Source of the DNA: Pseudomonadota bacterium
GTDB lineage: Bacteria > Desulfobacterota > Desulfobacteria > Desulfobacterales > JBDRRP01
Direction of reading: 5' to 3'
NCBI GenBank assembly: GCA_043825735.1
Contig: JBDRRP010000129.1
Coordinates: 124,001 to 149,881, forward strand
Length of the DNA stretch: 25,881 bases
The notes below the pieces were generated by a model. The model saw nothing but the letters and a program-made list of their open reading frames with translations. It was not told the origin of the DNA and made no database searches. A program made the translations under genes and the position numbers. Positions 1 to 8,472 of the stretch are shown here, one piece after another (position 1 is the stretch's first letter; each line of letters begins with the position of its first letter).

Positions 1-416
1 CCGGAAAGCGCCTGAACCCGCCGGCCCGCAAAGCCATCGAGCTTCACCATGGTCAGGGCCGCTGCCACTTTCTCTGCGATTTCACCGCCGGCGCGCCCCT
101 TCATGCGAAGGCCGAATCCCACGTTGTCAAAGACCGTCATGTGGGGAAACAGGGCGTAGTTCTGAAACACCGTGTTCACGTCGCGGTGATGGGGGGGCAC
201 ATCGTTGACGCGCTTGCCGTCGATGAGGATGTCCCCGGCATCGGGGGCTTCGAAACCGGCGATGAGCCGCAATGTGGTGGTTTTCCCGCAGCCGGAGGGG
301 CCCAGCAGGGTGAGAAACTCGCCGGGCCGAACATCAAAATTCATCCGGTCGACCACCACCTGATCGCCGAACGATTTGCTCACCTCCCGAAAACTGACGA
401 TGGCCTCGTCTTGCAT
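1..416 (-). CDS. potA: Spermidine/putrescine-type ABC transporter ATP-binding subunit, partial (runs off the window start; absent from the ORF track)
   Basis: Manual translation from ATG 416: MQDEAIVSFREVSKSFGDQVVVDRMNFDVRPGEFLTLLGPSGCGKTTTLRLIAGFE...RDVNTVFQNYALFPHMTVFDNVGFGL...ALSG. Walker A GPSGCGKT and the VFQNYALFPHM motif are typical of PotA. An in-frame TGA at 435-437 bounds the ORF, and 416 is the only start codon after it. Confidence 0.85.
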   Translation of the reverse strand, partial: MQDEAIVSFREVSKSFGDQVVVDRMNFDVRPGEFLTLLGPSGCGKTTTLRLIAGFEAPDAGDILIDGKRVNDVPPHHRDVNTVFQNYALFPHMTVFDNVGFGLRMKGRAGGEIAEKVAAALTMVKLDGFAGRRVQALS

Positions 417-611
417 GCGCCGCTGCCCCGCTGCTCATTCACTGACGGCTGCCAAAACGGCAGTCCCGAAATATTCTTATAAATATCAAGCAAATAAAAA
501 CCGGCGGCCCCAGCATGCGCCAGCCCCTGCCGTGGAAGTCTATTAGGATAAAAAAAGCGCGATGTAAATATCGCAGATCGTTTCTGCCGGAGGCCCAACG
601 ACTCCGTGGTT

Positions 612-808
612 TATAGCGGTTGTCATAAATACGTTCCGAATCAACACAGCTCTGCCCGTCGTCATGCCGGGCTTGATCCGGCATCCAGAAATCGCTTCGG
701 AGCAACCTGGATCCGGGCCTTCGCCGGGGTGACCTCGGAGGCATGATTGGTCTAACGCATTGCCTTCAACGCCAGACCAATCGGAACGTTATTATGACCT
801 TTGCTATA
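612..808. mobile_element. MITE-like element (197 bp) with TATAGC...GCTATA ends
   Basis: Left end TATAGCGGTTGTCATAAATACGTTCCGA (612-639) vs reverse complement of right end (781-808) TATAGCAAAGGTCATAATAACGTTCCGA: 22/28 identical, TA at both termini. No credible ORF inside. Confidence 0.7.
661..733. repeat. REP/RPE-like double palindrome nested inside the MITE
   Basis: GTCATGCCGG-GCTTGAT-CCGGCATCCAG ... CTGGATCCGGGCCTTCGCCGGGGTGAC: two small hairpins in inverted orientation, closed by GTCA/TGAC and ATCCAG/CTGGAT pairing. Confidence 0.65.
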
Positions 809-817
809 ACATCGCTT

Positions 818-847
818 TTGTACGGTTTTATTTCATTGTGGTATAAA
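818..847 (+). promoter_or_regulatory. Putative sigma70 promoter for the alpha/beta hydrolase
   Basis: TTGTAC (818-823), 18 nt spacer, then TATAAA (842-847) preceded by the extended -10 TG (839-840), about 55 nt before ATG 902. Confidence 0.4.
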
Positions 848-901
848 AGATCCGGATTTGAAAATTGAGATCATCCTTACCCTCACCACAGGAACCATCC
901 C

Positions 902-1822
902 ATGAAAATAAAAGTCGCGCTCATCGTCATTGTTGCTATCATCGCGGTGGGCATTCTCGTCGTGCGGCCCGACATTCCGGTGGATACCCTCATTGCCCGG
1001 TATGCCGATAGTGCATCCAAGTTCACGGCTTTGCACGGCATGACGGTCCATTACAAAGACGAGGGGGCGGGCCCGGCCCTGGTGCTGCTTCACGGCACCG
1101 GAGCCTCGCTGCACACCTGGGACGGGTGGACCGAAGTGCTCAAAAAAGACTTCCGGGTCATCCGGATGGATCTGCCCGCCTTCGGTCTCACCGGCCCGGT
1201 CCCTGACGGGGACTATACCACCGAGGCCTACGTGCGGTTCGTTCGCGATTTTCTCGCCGGCCTCGGCATCAGCCGGTTTTCCCTCTGCGGCAACTCCCTG
1301 GGCGGGGCCGTCGCCTGGCGCTATGCCGTTACCTATCCCTTCCGGATTGAAGCTCTGGTGCTCATCGACGCGGCCGGTTATCCTCATGCGATGCCGGGAA
1401 CCCTCGGTCTGGCGACGGTGCCCGTGCTGAACAAGCTGCTCACAGTGGTGACGCCCCGCTTTCTGGTGGAAAAAAATGTGCGTTCCGTTTACGGGGATCC
1501 GGAAAACGTCACCGACGCCATTGTAGACCGCTACTACGATATGCTGCTCAGGGAGGGTAACCGCGAGGCCATGGTCCTGCGCCTTCAGGGCATGCGCGTA
1601 TCGCCGGAGCGGATCAAACAGATCGGCGTGCCGACGCTGATCCAGTGGGGGCAAAAGGACACCTGGATCCCCCTGGAAAACGCCCGCCACTTCCTCCGGG
1701 ACATCCCCGGCGCCGTCCTGATCACCTACCCGGACCTGGGCCACGTTCCCATGGAGGAGGCTCCGGAAAAAACCGCGGCCGATGCCGCGGCATTTATTAA
1801 GCGGGTCTCCCCCAACCCATAA
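902..1822 (+). CDS. Alpha/beta-fold hydrolase (esterase/lipase-like) with an N-terminal membrane anchor or signal
   Basis: LLHG oxyanion motif, DLPAFGLT, nucleophile elbow GNSLGG, WGQKD acid, GHVPMEE catalytic His; hydrophobic N-terminus; RBS AGGA. Confidence 0.92.
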   Translation: MKIKVALIVIVAIIAVGILVVRPDIPVDTLIARYADSASKFTALHGMTVHYKDEGAGPALVLLHGTGASLHTWDGWTEVLKKDFRVIRMDLPAFGLTGPVPDGDYTTEAYVRFVRDFLAGLGISRFSLCGNSLGGAVAWRYAVTYPFRIEALVLIDAAGYPHAMPGTLGLATVPVLNKLLTVVTPRFLVEKNVRSVYGDPENVTDAIVDRYYDMLLREGNREAMVLRLQGMRVSPERIKQIGVPTLIQWGQKDTWIPLENARHFLRDIPGAVLITYPDLGHVPMEEAPEKTAADAAAFIKRVSPNP

Positions 1823-1937
1823 ACTTTCAAGATACTGACATCTGTCCCAAAAAGACTCGCACCTGTAGCGGGCCTCAGAAGTAAACGATCTTGGGCAATC
1901 GAATAACCAGATGAGATCGCTTTAAAAGGAGTTTTCC

Positions 1938-4900
1938 ATGAAGTTAAAGACTCAGGCTCAAGCAAGTGTTGTCCTTGTTTTGGTTTTTCTTCTGGCCGGC
2001 ATCGGACTGGCCCAGGGGGATGGAAAAGTAACAATGGAGCAGTGGCTCAAGATTATAAACTCCAAGGCCGCAAAAAATGCGCCCCCTGCCCAGGCAACAG
2101 ACGCAAAAAACAGTGACGATGTTCAAGGACCCAATTCCAATACGCTGCCGGATCGTCCGGGCATATCCGTAACCGTGTACTGGCACATGGCGGATGACGC
2201 AGACGTTTACCTCAACGGCAAACCGCTGCGAAGCTATGATCCGTCATTTAAGACCCGGTCGGATGAAGCGCCACAACCTGCATTTTCAGCTACTGCCATC
2301 ATAGGCGACGGCGATATTTTTACCGTCGGCGGACGCCGTGGCGGCAGCTACGGCTTCATGCTTATCGCCGTTGATTCCTCAGACAATGTCGTATTTATGA
2401 CCGATCAGCAATCATGGAAAGTCTATGAGCCGGGTGATCGGGCCGATTGGTACACCCCGCAGGCTGCCGAGTCTTCCCAAAGCCGGGAGGTCACTGTCCA
2501 GCCCGATCCATGGTTCCCCCAGAAAGCACTTAACTCAAAATACGGCAACAAAGCCCTCGCCATATGGAGCGAACCGGCAAAACCGGTTGCCTATCTTTAC
2601 GGGATTTTCCGAACGGATCCAAAAACGCCGCGGCATCCCGGTGTGCAGAATAAAAATGACGGTGGCAGCTCGCAGCGCCCTGGGATTGCAGTAAACAAAA
2701 TGAATGAGAAAACAGAAGTTGCTGTCGATACTGTGCTGGAAACCAGGACCGTCACCATCGACCAGGCCGGCGGCATTGTTACGCTTCAAGACGGCGCCAG
2801 CCTGACGGCTGCGGCAGGAGCATTGCAGGCGTCAGCCGACGTAACGCTCTCGCGAATCGGCAACGCGGTATACTTCGGCAACCCAGGCAACCTGACCTAT
2901 GAGGTTTCGAAAAATGCAATTGACGCCGGAATGACATTTTCGGTGCCGCTGGGCAAAGATCTGCCGGCAAAGCGCATTGCCGTCATGCAGTACACCATGG
3001 ACATGCCGGCAGCAGCGGATGGTATTCCTTACATCGCACCTGAATTTTCCTATGACGCCGCAGCCGGTCTCGCGGCAATCACGCTTGGCGGTTCTCAGAG
3101 CGCGGCCGGCAACAGCACGCCCGGGCCAACCGCAGTGCCTGCATCGGATGAAACAATCCGTATCACCGTTGAAACACCGGTGGCGGCGACAGTCAAAAGC
3201 GCGGTAGCGCCCATACGGATTCCCTACTACCAGCAGGTCGGGCCTTCGTGCTGGGCCGCGGATGCCATCATGATCACCGGAGCCCACGGCCGGCGCCCGG
3301 GCATTCCCACAGTGCTCAAGGCAATGAATCGCACGGATGCACCCGACGCCGGCTGGGGACTGAGTACGCGCGAGTTGAACAAAATTTTCCCCGCGGCAAT
3401 GAAGATCGCAACCGGTCTTAACTTCAAGACCTCACTATATGTCAACAAAGACAACCTGCTTCAGGAGCTGTTGCGGTTGTTGACGAATGAGCGGCCGGTG
3501 CTGATGGGGTTGCCGGCCAGTGCCATCGACCGGACGGGCGCCCATGCGGTCGTTTTCCTCGGCTACGAACCCAGTTCCAATCCGGCGGATGCCGGCTACC
3601 TGTTCACCGTTATGGACCCGAAGGGTGTCTTCCCGGCCGATTCCCGCGATGGCGGGATGTACTCCGTTCGGTCCTGGCAGTGGTTCCTTGACTGGTTCCG
3701 GCCGCATATCATCGATTTGCCGCCGTCAATCGCCATTGCCTGGGTGGACATGCCCACACCGGCGCCTGATTCGGCCGTTGCTTCCCTTGGTATACCTAGC
3801 GGCGGTTTTCCTGTGGGAGCCGTTGCGTTCGGTGTTCCCAAGCCGGAAGTCGAACCGCTTCAGATATTTTTGGTCTACAAGCCCTCGGCACCGGAAGGAA
3901 CCGCTTGGGGGGATGGCATGAGAAAGTTCTATGATGTGATACCCAACAGCGCAGAAACACTCGACATCAATCTTCCGGTCTGGAATTCCGGCACCGCACC
4001 GTTCAGTGGCGTGGTAACAGTGGATTTTCAGCAATCGGGTAAAAAGGCCGGCGGGCAGCGGTTCCCCGTCACTTGCCCCCCCGGCCCGAAACCCGTTTAC
4101 GTGGCCGGTACCATTGCCGTCAAAGATTTCCGCGGCTCTGACGATGTGCAGGATATGACCCCCCCGCCATTGCCCTTCACGGTACTGGTGACCCTGGAAG
4201 ACAGCAGCGGAAAACGGGTGGACCGGTTCAGCGCCGAATTCACCCTCCAACCCGGCCCGCGAATCACTGAAGTGACTCCCGCGAGCGCCGAACCGGGCGA
4301 GCCGATCAATATCGTCGGTCGCAATTTCGGGAAGTACCAGTTTAACAGCCGCGTAATGATTTCCGGTTATTCCGCGGAGGTCACGAACTGGTCGGATACA
4401 ACGATCGAAGCCGTTGTCCCCGCAAGCCCGGAGCCGGGAGATGTGATCGTCCACATTGCCGACTTGCAGAGCAATGCTTTTCCCCTGAAGCGCAAGGCCA
4501 AGATCGGCAGCGACGCGCCAACGGCTCAAGGCAACGGCATGTGGGTGCTTTATGACATCAGCCGTGGCAGCGAAAACAAAGGGGCTGATTTTTCCAGTGT
4601 AAAATTCGGTGATGACGGTCTTGCCGGGACATTTAAACTGGAACAAGCCGACCCCCAAACGATTCCGGTCGAGATCAACTGGCGTCTTCCGCCGGCGCAA
4701 TTGGTGCCGGGATCGTCCATTGCCCTCACAGCGAAAGTAACGCATGGCAGCCTGCAATGGCCGGGAAACCCGCTGGAGGAAAAAATCAATTCTTCGTGGA
4801 TCAACGGGAAACTGGTTTGGGACGAAAAAATTCATTCCGCTGACGGAACGGCAACACTGGTGGTGCCGGATCTGAATGCCGCAGGCACGATGGGCGATCT

Positions 4901-5039
4901 TTACGCAATTACCTATAACGCTTCCGGCCAGGCGGGCCCGGGCATGAAGGCCTGGAACGGCATCACGTTCAAATACAGATACATAAAGGCAGGTGATGCG
5001 CCGCCAGAAACGCCATCATACCGACTCATGAAAGAATAG
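1938..5039 (+). CDS. Secreted multidomain protein: signal peptide, beta-sandwich module, ZU5-like module, papain-fold C39-like peptidase domain, Ig-like and IPT/TIG domains
   Basis: RBS AAGGAG; signal peptide ending GLA-Q; IPYYQQVGPSCWAA (Q432/C438), RPVLMG..GAHAVVFLGY (H536), VMDP (D560); IPT/TIG signature PRITEVTP..PGEPINIVGRNFG...VTNWSDTTIEAVVP...SN (about nt 4257-4490). Confidence 0.8.
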   Translation: MKLKTQAQASVVLVLVFLLAGIGLAQGDGKVTMEQWLKIINSKAAKNAPPAQATDAKNSDDVQGPNSNTLPDRPGISVTVYWHMADDADVYLNGKPLRSYDPSFKTRSDEAPQPAFSATAIIGDGDIFTVGGRRGGSYGFMLIAVDSSDNVVFMTDQQSWKVYEPGDRADWYTPQAAESSQSREVTVQPDPWFPQKALNSKYGNKALAIWSEPAKPVAYLYGIFRTDPKTPRHPGVQNKNDGGSSQRPGIAVNKMNEKTEVAVDTVLETRTVTIDQAGGIVTLQDGASLTAAAGALQASADVTLSRIGNAVYFGNPGNLTYEVSKNAIDAGMTFSVPLGKDLPAKRIAVMQYTMDMPAAADGIPYIAPEFSYDAAAGLAAITLGGSQSAAGNSTPGPTAVPASDETIRITVETPVAATVKSAVAPIRIPYYQQVGPSCWAADAIMITGAHGRRPGIPTVLKAMNRTDAPDAGWGLSTRELNKIFPAAMKIATGLNFKTSLYVNKDNLLQELLRLLTNERPVLMGLPASAIDRTGAHAVVFLGYEPSSNPADAGYLFTVMDPKGVFPADSRDGGMYSVRSWQWFLDWFRPHIIDLPPSIAIAWVDMPTPAPDSAVASLGIPSGGFPVGAVAFGVPKPEVEPLQIFLVYKPSAPEGTAWGDGMRKFYDVIPNSAETLDINLPVWNSGTAPFSGVVTVDFQQSGKKAGGQRFPVTCPPGPKPVYVAGTIAVKDFRGSDDVQDMTPPPLPFTVLVTLEDSSGKRVDRFSAEFTLQPGPRITEVTPASAEPGEPINIVGRNFGKYQFNSRVMISGYSAEVTNWSDTTIEAVVPASPEPGDVIVHIADLQSNAFPLKRKAKIGSDAPTAQGNGMWVLYDISRGSENKGADFSSVKFGDDGLAGTFKLEQADPQTIPVEINWRLPPAQLVPGSSIALTAKVTHGSLQWPGNPLEEKINSSWINGKLVWDEKIHSADGTATLVVPDLNAAGTMGDLYAITYNASGQAGPGMKAWNGITFKYRYIKAGDAPPETPSYRLMKE

Positions 5040-5042
5040 AAC

Positions 5043-5228
5043 CTATTTTTTACATGTCGAAATCCCCAACAGCTGGTACGGCGGGCACCAACCGATCAGA
5101 CCGGTCAGAATGGGCAAAATGCCTATCAGGCCCCATAGGGATTTCGGCCCCACAAAAACAAGGGATAAAATAACAAGCCCCAGGACAACACGGATAACTC
5201 TCTCAACATTATGGATGTTTTGTTTCAT
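5043..5228 (-). CDS. DUF2892 (YgaP-like) small inner-membrane protein
   Basis: Typical pattern MKQNI..ERVIRVVLG...TGLIGWCPPYQLLGISTC with two TM helices; RBS AGGAG. Confidence 0.9.
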   Translation of the reverse strand: MKQNIHNVERVIRVVLGLVILSLVFVGPKSLWGLIGILPILTGLIGWCPPYQLLGISTCKK

Positions 5229-5426
5229 GGCCGATTCTCCTGATCGTTTTGTATAACGTCATTAAACCCGGCCCAAAGGTAAGTATCGCTTTGGATTTGA
5301 AAAGCTGCCACCGCTGAAGGCATTTGGATTGAAGCTGAAAATCCGTCACGCCCCCATCGCCGAGGGGATGACATTTTTTTTGGGCAATTGACTTCACATG
5401 GTTGTATGCCGCAAGGTATTCCATGC

Positions 5427-5455
5427 AAAAAGGGCGGGCGTCGATGGGCCCGCTC
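5427..5455 (-). terminator. Rho-independent terminator after the radical SAM gene
   Basis: Minus strand GAGCGGGC-CCATCGAC-GCCCGCCC-TTTTT, about 80 nt after the stop at 5535. Confidence 0.6.
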
Positions 5456-5534
5456 AGAAACAAATTTGCATCGGCAATAACCACAATCTCAACCCAAATC
5501 ATTTTGTCAGCCAGTCGGGCCCCCCCTTGCCTCC

Positions 5535-6611
5535 CTAACCGACGAACAGCTTTGAACAGTCTTCGCATATGCTCGGCAAACGATTTTCACTAAATGCCTT
5601 GCGGAAATCTCTGTAAGCACTTGCCCGCCAGATATCCCCTATCGAGGCTTCACTGAGATTTCCGAAAGACAATCGCCGATAGGGTCGCTCTTGGTTGGGA
5701 TATCCATTGAATTCATCGGGTAGGGGCAGATTGGTAAAAACACAGGAGGACACCTCCCCGTCGGCAGATACAAATAGCGACCGCTGAACGTTCTCAGTAC
5801 ATGATTGGTGACACCCTCCCGGCTGATGGAGCCGGTAGTGGAAACCCACCCCCCATTGCTCGGTTTTCTGCCTCACCGCCTCCAGCCTTGCGCGCAGCGC
5901 CTCATACTCGTCCACAGTCGATGGAATAATTGTTTCGTCTTCGAGCGCCTTGCATGGAACAAAGTCCAAGGTGCTCAAAACGACATGGTCGACCGCCAGC
6001 TCTTTCAAAAAGAGCGGCAGTCGCTCGATATCGCCAAGTCGGGAACGCAACAGAATATATGCGATGTGAACCGCCGGCAGTTGCTTCCCCAATTTCTTTT
6101 TTGTCTCATGAAGAATCCGAATCGCATCCACTACTGTGTCCAAGCGGGTCCCCCGGCGGAGCGTATCATTTCCGTCATCAACACCAGCGAGCGAAAACGC
6201 CAACACATCGATACCGCACGCCACCAATTGCCTGATCATTTCAGCGTTCAAGAGCATCCCATTTGTCGTAGTTCCCACCGCGCAGCCAGCCGCTTTCGCT
6301 ATCCGAGCCATCGTCATTAGTTCTGGGTTTAGGAAAGGTTCCCCCCACCCTTGAAGATAAACCAATTTGGTCTTTGGAAAAGCCACCGATAAGCGCTCAA
6401 AAGTCTTTGGCGACAAGATCCGATCCCGCCAGGCGCCCCGGTAGACGGTTCGAGGACAATAGGAACATGTGGCATTGCAATGCGATGTTACTTCCACCTG
6501 GATCCAATCCATCGGCGGCAGCGTTAAATTACTGAACCATTTTCTGAGCAATATGATCTCCCGCGAAAGGCTGCGCCTGGCCATCGGAGCCGGCTTTTCA
6601 ACCTTCTGCAT
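5535..6611 (-). CDS. Radical SAM protein with a C-terminal SPASM/twitch domain
   Basis: QVEVTSHCNATCSYC (CxxxCxxC), GWGEP, TTNGMLL, and C-terminal C..SLFVSADGEVSSC..FGNL..IW..CEDC. ATG 6611 follows GAAGGGA; TTG 6614 is an alternative start. Confidence 0.92.
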   Translation of the reverse strand: MQKVEKPAPMARRSLSREIILLRKWFSNLTLPPMDWIQVEVTSHCNATCSYCPRTVYRGAWRDRILSPKTFERLSVAFPKTKLVYLQGWGEPFLNPELMTMARIAKAAGCAVGTTTNGMLLNAEMIRQLVACGIDVLAFSLAGVDDGNDTLRRGTRLDTVVDAIRILHETKKKLGKQLPAVHIAYILLRSRLGDIERLPLFLKELAVDHVVLSTLDFVPCKALEDETIIPSTVDEYEALRARLEAVRQKTEQWGVGFHYRLHQPGGCHQSCTENVQRSLFVSADGEVSSCVFTNLPLPDEFNGYPNQERPYRRLSFGNLSEASIGDIWRASAYRDFRKAFSENRLPSICEDCSKLFVG

Positions 6612-6636
6612 CAAGAGTCCCTTCGCACACCAGGCA

Positions 6637-7278
6637 CTAAAGGCGAAAATCAGGATGTTGGGGCCCGTAATGCTGGTTCACTGCCAGCACGCGGCATCCA
6701 TCAGGCGATATCTCAATGGTGGTCAACGTGCCATAGTCCAGTTCGATCTCAAACAGATCGGACAATGACATGCCCAGAATGCGGCACAGCAGAACACGAA
6801 TCACTCCGGCATGAGTGACGATAAGGTTCTTGACGTGGGTTTGAAGGGACAGCGCCTCAAAGGCCGGCCAAGCGCGGGACTGCAGATCGCGGAAGGATTC
6901 CCCCCCTGGGGGACGATAATCGGCGATGTTTTCGCCGCGCTGCTGAAATGCTTCCGGATAACGGGTTTTCACATCATCAAAACTGAGCCCGTCCCAGCGG
7001 CCCAGATCGATTTCCCTGAACGCCGGCATCGCCCGTACCGGGAGTGAACAGGCAGCGGCGATGATGCGCGCGGTGTCCATACATCGGGCGAGATCGCTGC
7101 TGGTGATGGCCGCCAAATCGGCAGCCGCAAAGAAATCGACCCAGGTGCGGGCCTGGCCGACACCGATGTCGCACAGGGGAAGATCAGTCTGGCCGATGTA
7201 GCGTCTGCCGCCCGCGCTGGATTCAATCGCGCCATGGCGCAAAAGATACACAATACCGTGTTCCGGCTGCCGCCCCAT
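6637..7278 (-). CDS. Histidine phosphatase (phosphoglycerate mutase/CobC-like family)
   Basis: LLRHG catalytic motif, SSDLARCMDTA, REIDLGRWDG, PPGGES, VTHAGVIR. ATG 7278 overlaps the upstream TGA (TGATG). Confidence 0.92.
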   Translation of the reverse strand: MGRQPEHGIVYLLRHGAIESSAGGRRYIGQTDLPLCDIGVGQARTWVDFFAAADLAAITSSDLARCMDTARIIAAACSLPVRAMPAFREIDLGRWDGLSFDDVKTRYPEAFQQRGENIADYRPPGGESFRDLQSRAWPAFEALSLQTHVKNLIVTHAGVIRVLLCRILGMSLSDLFEIELDYGTLTTIEISPDGCRVLAVNQHYGPQHPDFRL

Positions 7279-8444
7279 CAACGGTCTTCTCCCTTTGCCG
7301 GGTCCTCAGCGTTCAAAATCGCATCGAGGCTGCGGCCGGTGATGTTTTCCACGGTGCCGAGGATGCGCCGGGCCGTTTCTCTTCTTCTCTCAATCCCGGA
7401 AATGGCGTCCGGATCCCTGCCGTACTTTTCCATCTTACGTGCGAAGCGCTGCTCCAGATCCACACGCTGATCACCGGCCACCAGTTTGTCGGCCAGATAG
7501 ACGATCTGAGCTTCGTCGACGGGCTGATCCGCCGCCACTTCCAGATCCATGTGGGTGGCCACCAGGGGTGCCAGACGGAGAAACCCGTGAGCCTTCAGCA
7601 GGCGCGCACCGGCTGCGGCATGATCCTTTTCCACGCGGGCGATGTCGTGAAGCAGGGCTGCCGTGCGCACCAGTTCAATATCGATGTCACTGCCGGCCGC
7701 GGAGACGGCCGCTGACAGAAGCCGGGCGACATCCGCCACGGCCTGGCAGTGCCGCGCAACGGCCGGCGGCAGGGCCTGAATCTCATCCATCAGCGCGCGG
7801 CACTCGTTCTCGTTGGGAAGGCCGCCATCTGTCATTCGGGCCACCATGCAGGTGTAATCCTCGGGCCTGTCCATATCCAGCAAGACGGCTTCATCGGCCA
7901 CGGGAAGCTCTCGGCTGCCGACCTCATAACGTTCCAGGAATGCCCTGAGTCCTCCGCTGCCCGGCCACTTCAGGATCTCCGGCACCAGGCTGGACCGAAT
8001 CAGTGTCGGATGACCCCGCCGACCATCGAAGACGGGGTAGAGAATGGCAGGCGCTGTCTCTTCAAAGGACGCCACCATCCGTTCAACCGTCTGGAAGCGC
8101 ACCCCGGGGATATCCACCGGATGGATGAAAAACGCCCGGCACACCGGCGGCAGCGCCCGGATACCGGCCAGCACCGAAGAAAACATACCATCGCGATATG
8201 CCGGATTTTCCACGCAGCGCGCATTCAGCGGATCGATCGCCTGCCGAATCTCAGCGGCGCGGTGCCCGCCCACCACCAGCACGTCCTTGATGCCGGCAAC
8301 CTGAAACATCGTCACCACCCGCTCGATGGCGGGCTTTGCCCCCAGCGGCAGCAGTGGTTTGAAACGCCCCATGCGCTCGGAGAGCCCGGCGGCCAGCACG
8401 ATGGCGGATATGGCAAAATCGTTCTTCATACTAAAAGCCACCAA
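7278..8444 (-). CDS. MocA/MobA-like nucleotidyltransferase fused to an HD domain (resembles the DVU_1551 family)
   Basis: N-terminal IVLAAGLSERMGRFKPLL, NP.Y..GMFSS, PVDIP, RRGHP, DMDRPEDY; C-terminal H(CQAV)..LLHDI..DH..H..YLADK HD set. TTG 8444 lies 8 nt after GGAG; ATG 8429 is an alternative start. Confidence 0.88.
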   Translation of the reverse strand: MVAFSMKNDFAISAIVLAAGLSERMGRFKPLLPLGAKPAIERVVTMFQVAGIKDVLVVGGHRAAEIRQAIDPLNARCVENPAYRDGMFSSVLAGIRALPPVCRAFFIHPVDIPGVRFQTVERMVASFEETAPAILYPVFDGRRGHPTLIRSSLVPEILKWPGSGGLRAFLERYEVGSRELPVADEAVLLDMDRPEDYTCMVARMTDGGLPNENECRALMDEIQALPPAVARHCQAVADVARLLSAAVSAAGSDIDIELVRTAALLHDIARVEKDHAAAGARLLKAHGFLRLAPLVATHMDLEVAADQPVDEAQIVYLADKLVAGDQRVDLEQRFARKMEKYGRDPDAISGIERRRETARRILGTVENITGRSLDAILNAEDPAKGEDR

Positions 8445-8472
8445 TTGGAATTCTCCACGCCGCTAAATACTA

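Noticed and set aside
141..482. 113-aa plus-strand ORF
   Set aside because: Antisense shadow of the PotA-like ATPase, which has clear motifs on the minus strand.
559..574. Imperfect palindrome GCGATGTAAATATCGC as an operator for potA
   Set aside because: Single imperfect occurrence with no assignable regulator.
833..1744. 303-aa minus-strand ORF (likewise 3726-4835, 7749-8501, 15212-16285, 17307-18098, 18884-19663)
   Set aside because: Antisense shadows of well-supported genes, expected in GC-rich DNA; no motifs.
5039..5043. Convergent genes only 3 nt apart with no terminator
   Set aside because: Common arrangement; nothing supports antisense regulation.
5043..5228. Cys-containing 61-aa protein as a RiPP precursor for the SPASM enzyme
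   Set aside because: It is a standard DUF2892 membrane protein and lies beyond a predicted terminator.
5535..8444. Selenocysteine read-through or a Moco/Wco riboswitch
   Set aside because: Two genes end in TAG; the one TGA follows a complete HD domain and overlaps the next ATG; no recognisable riboswitch upstream by eye (Rfam scan not run).
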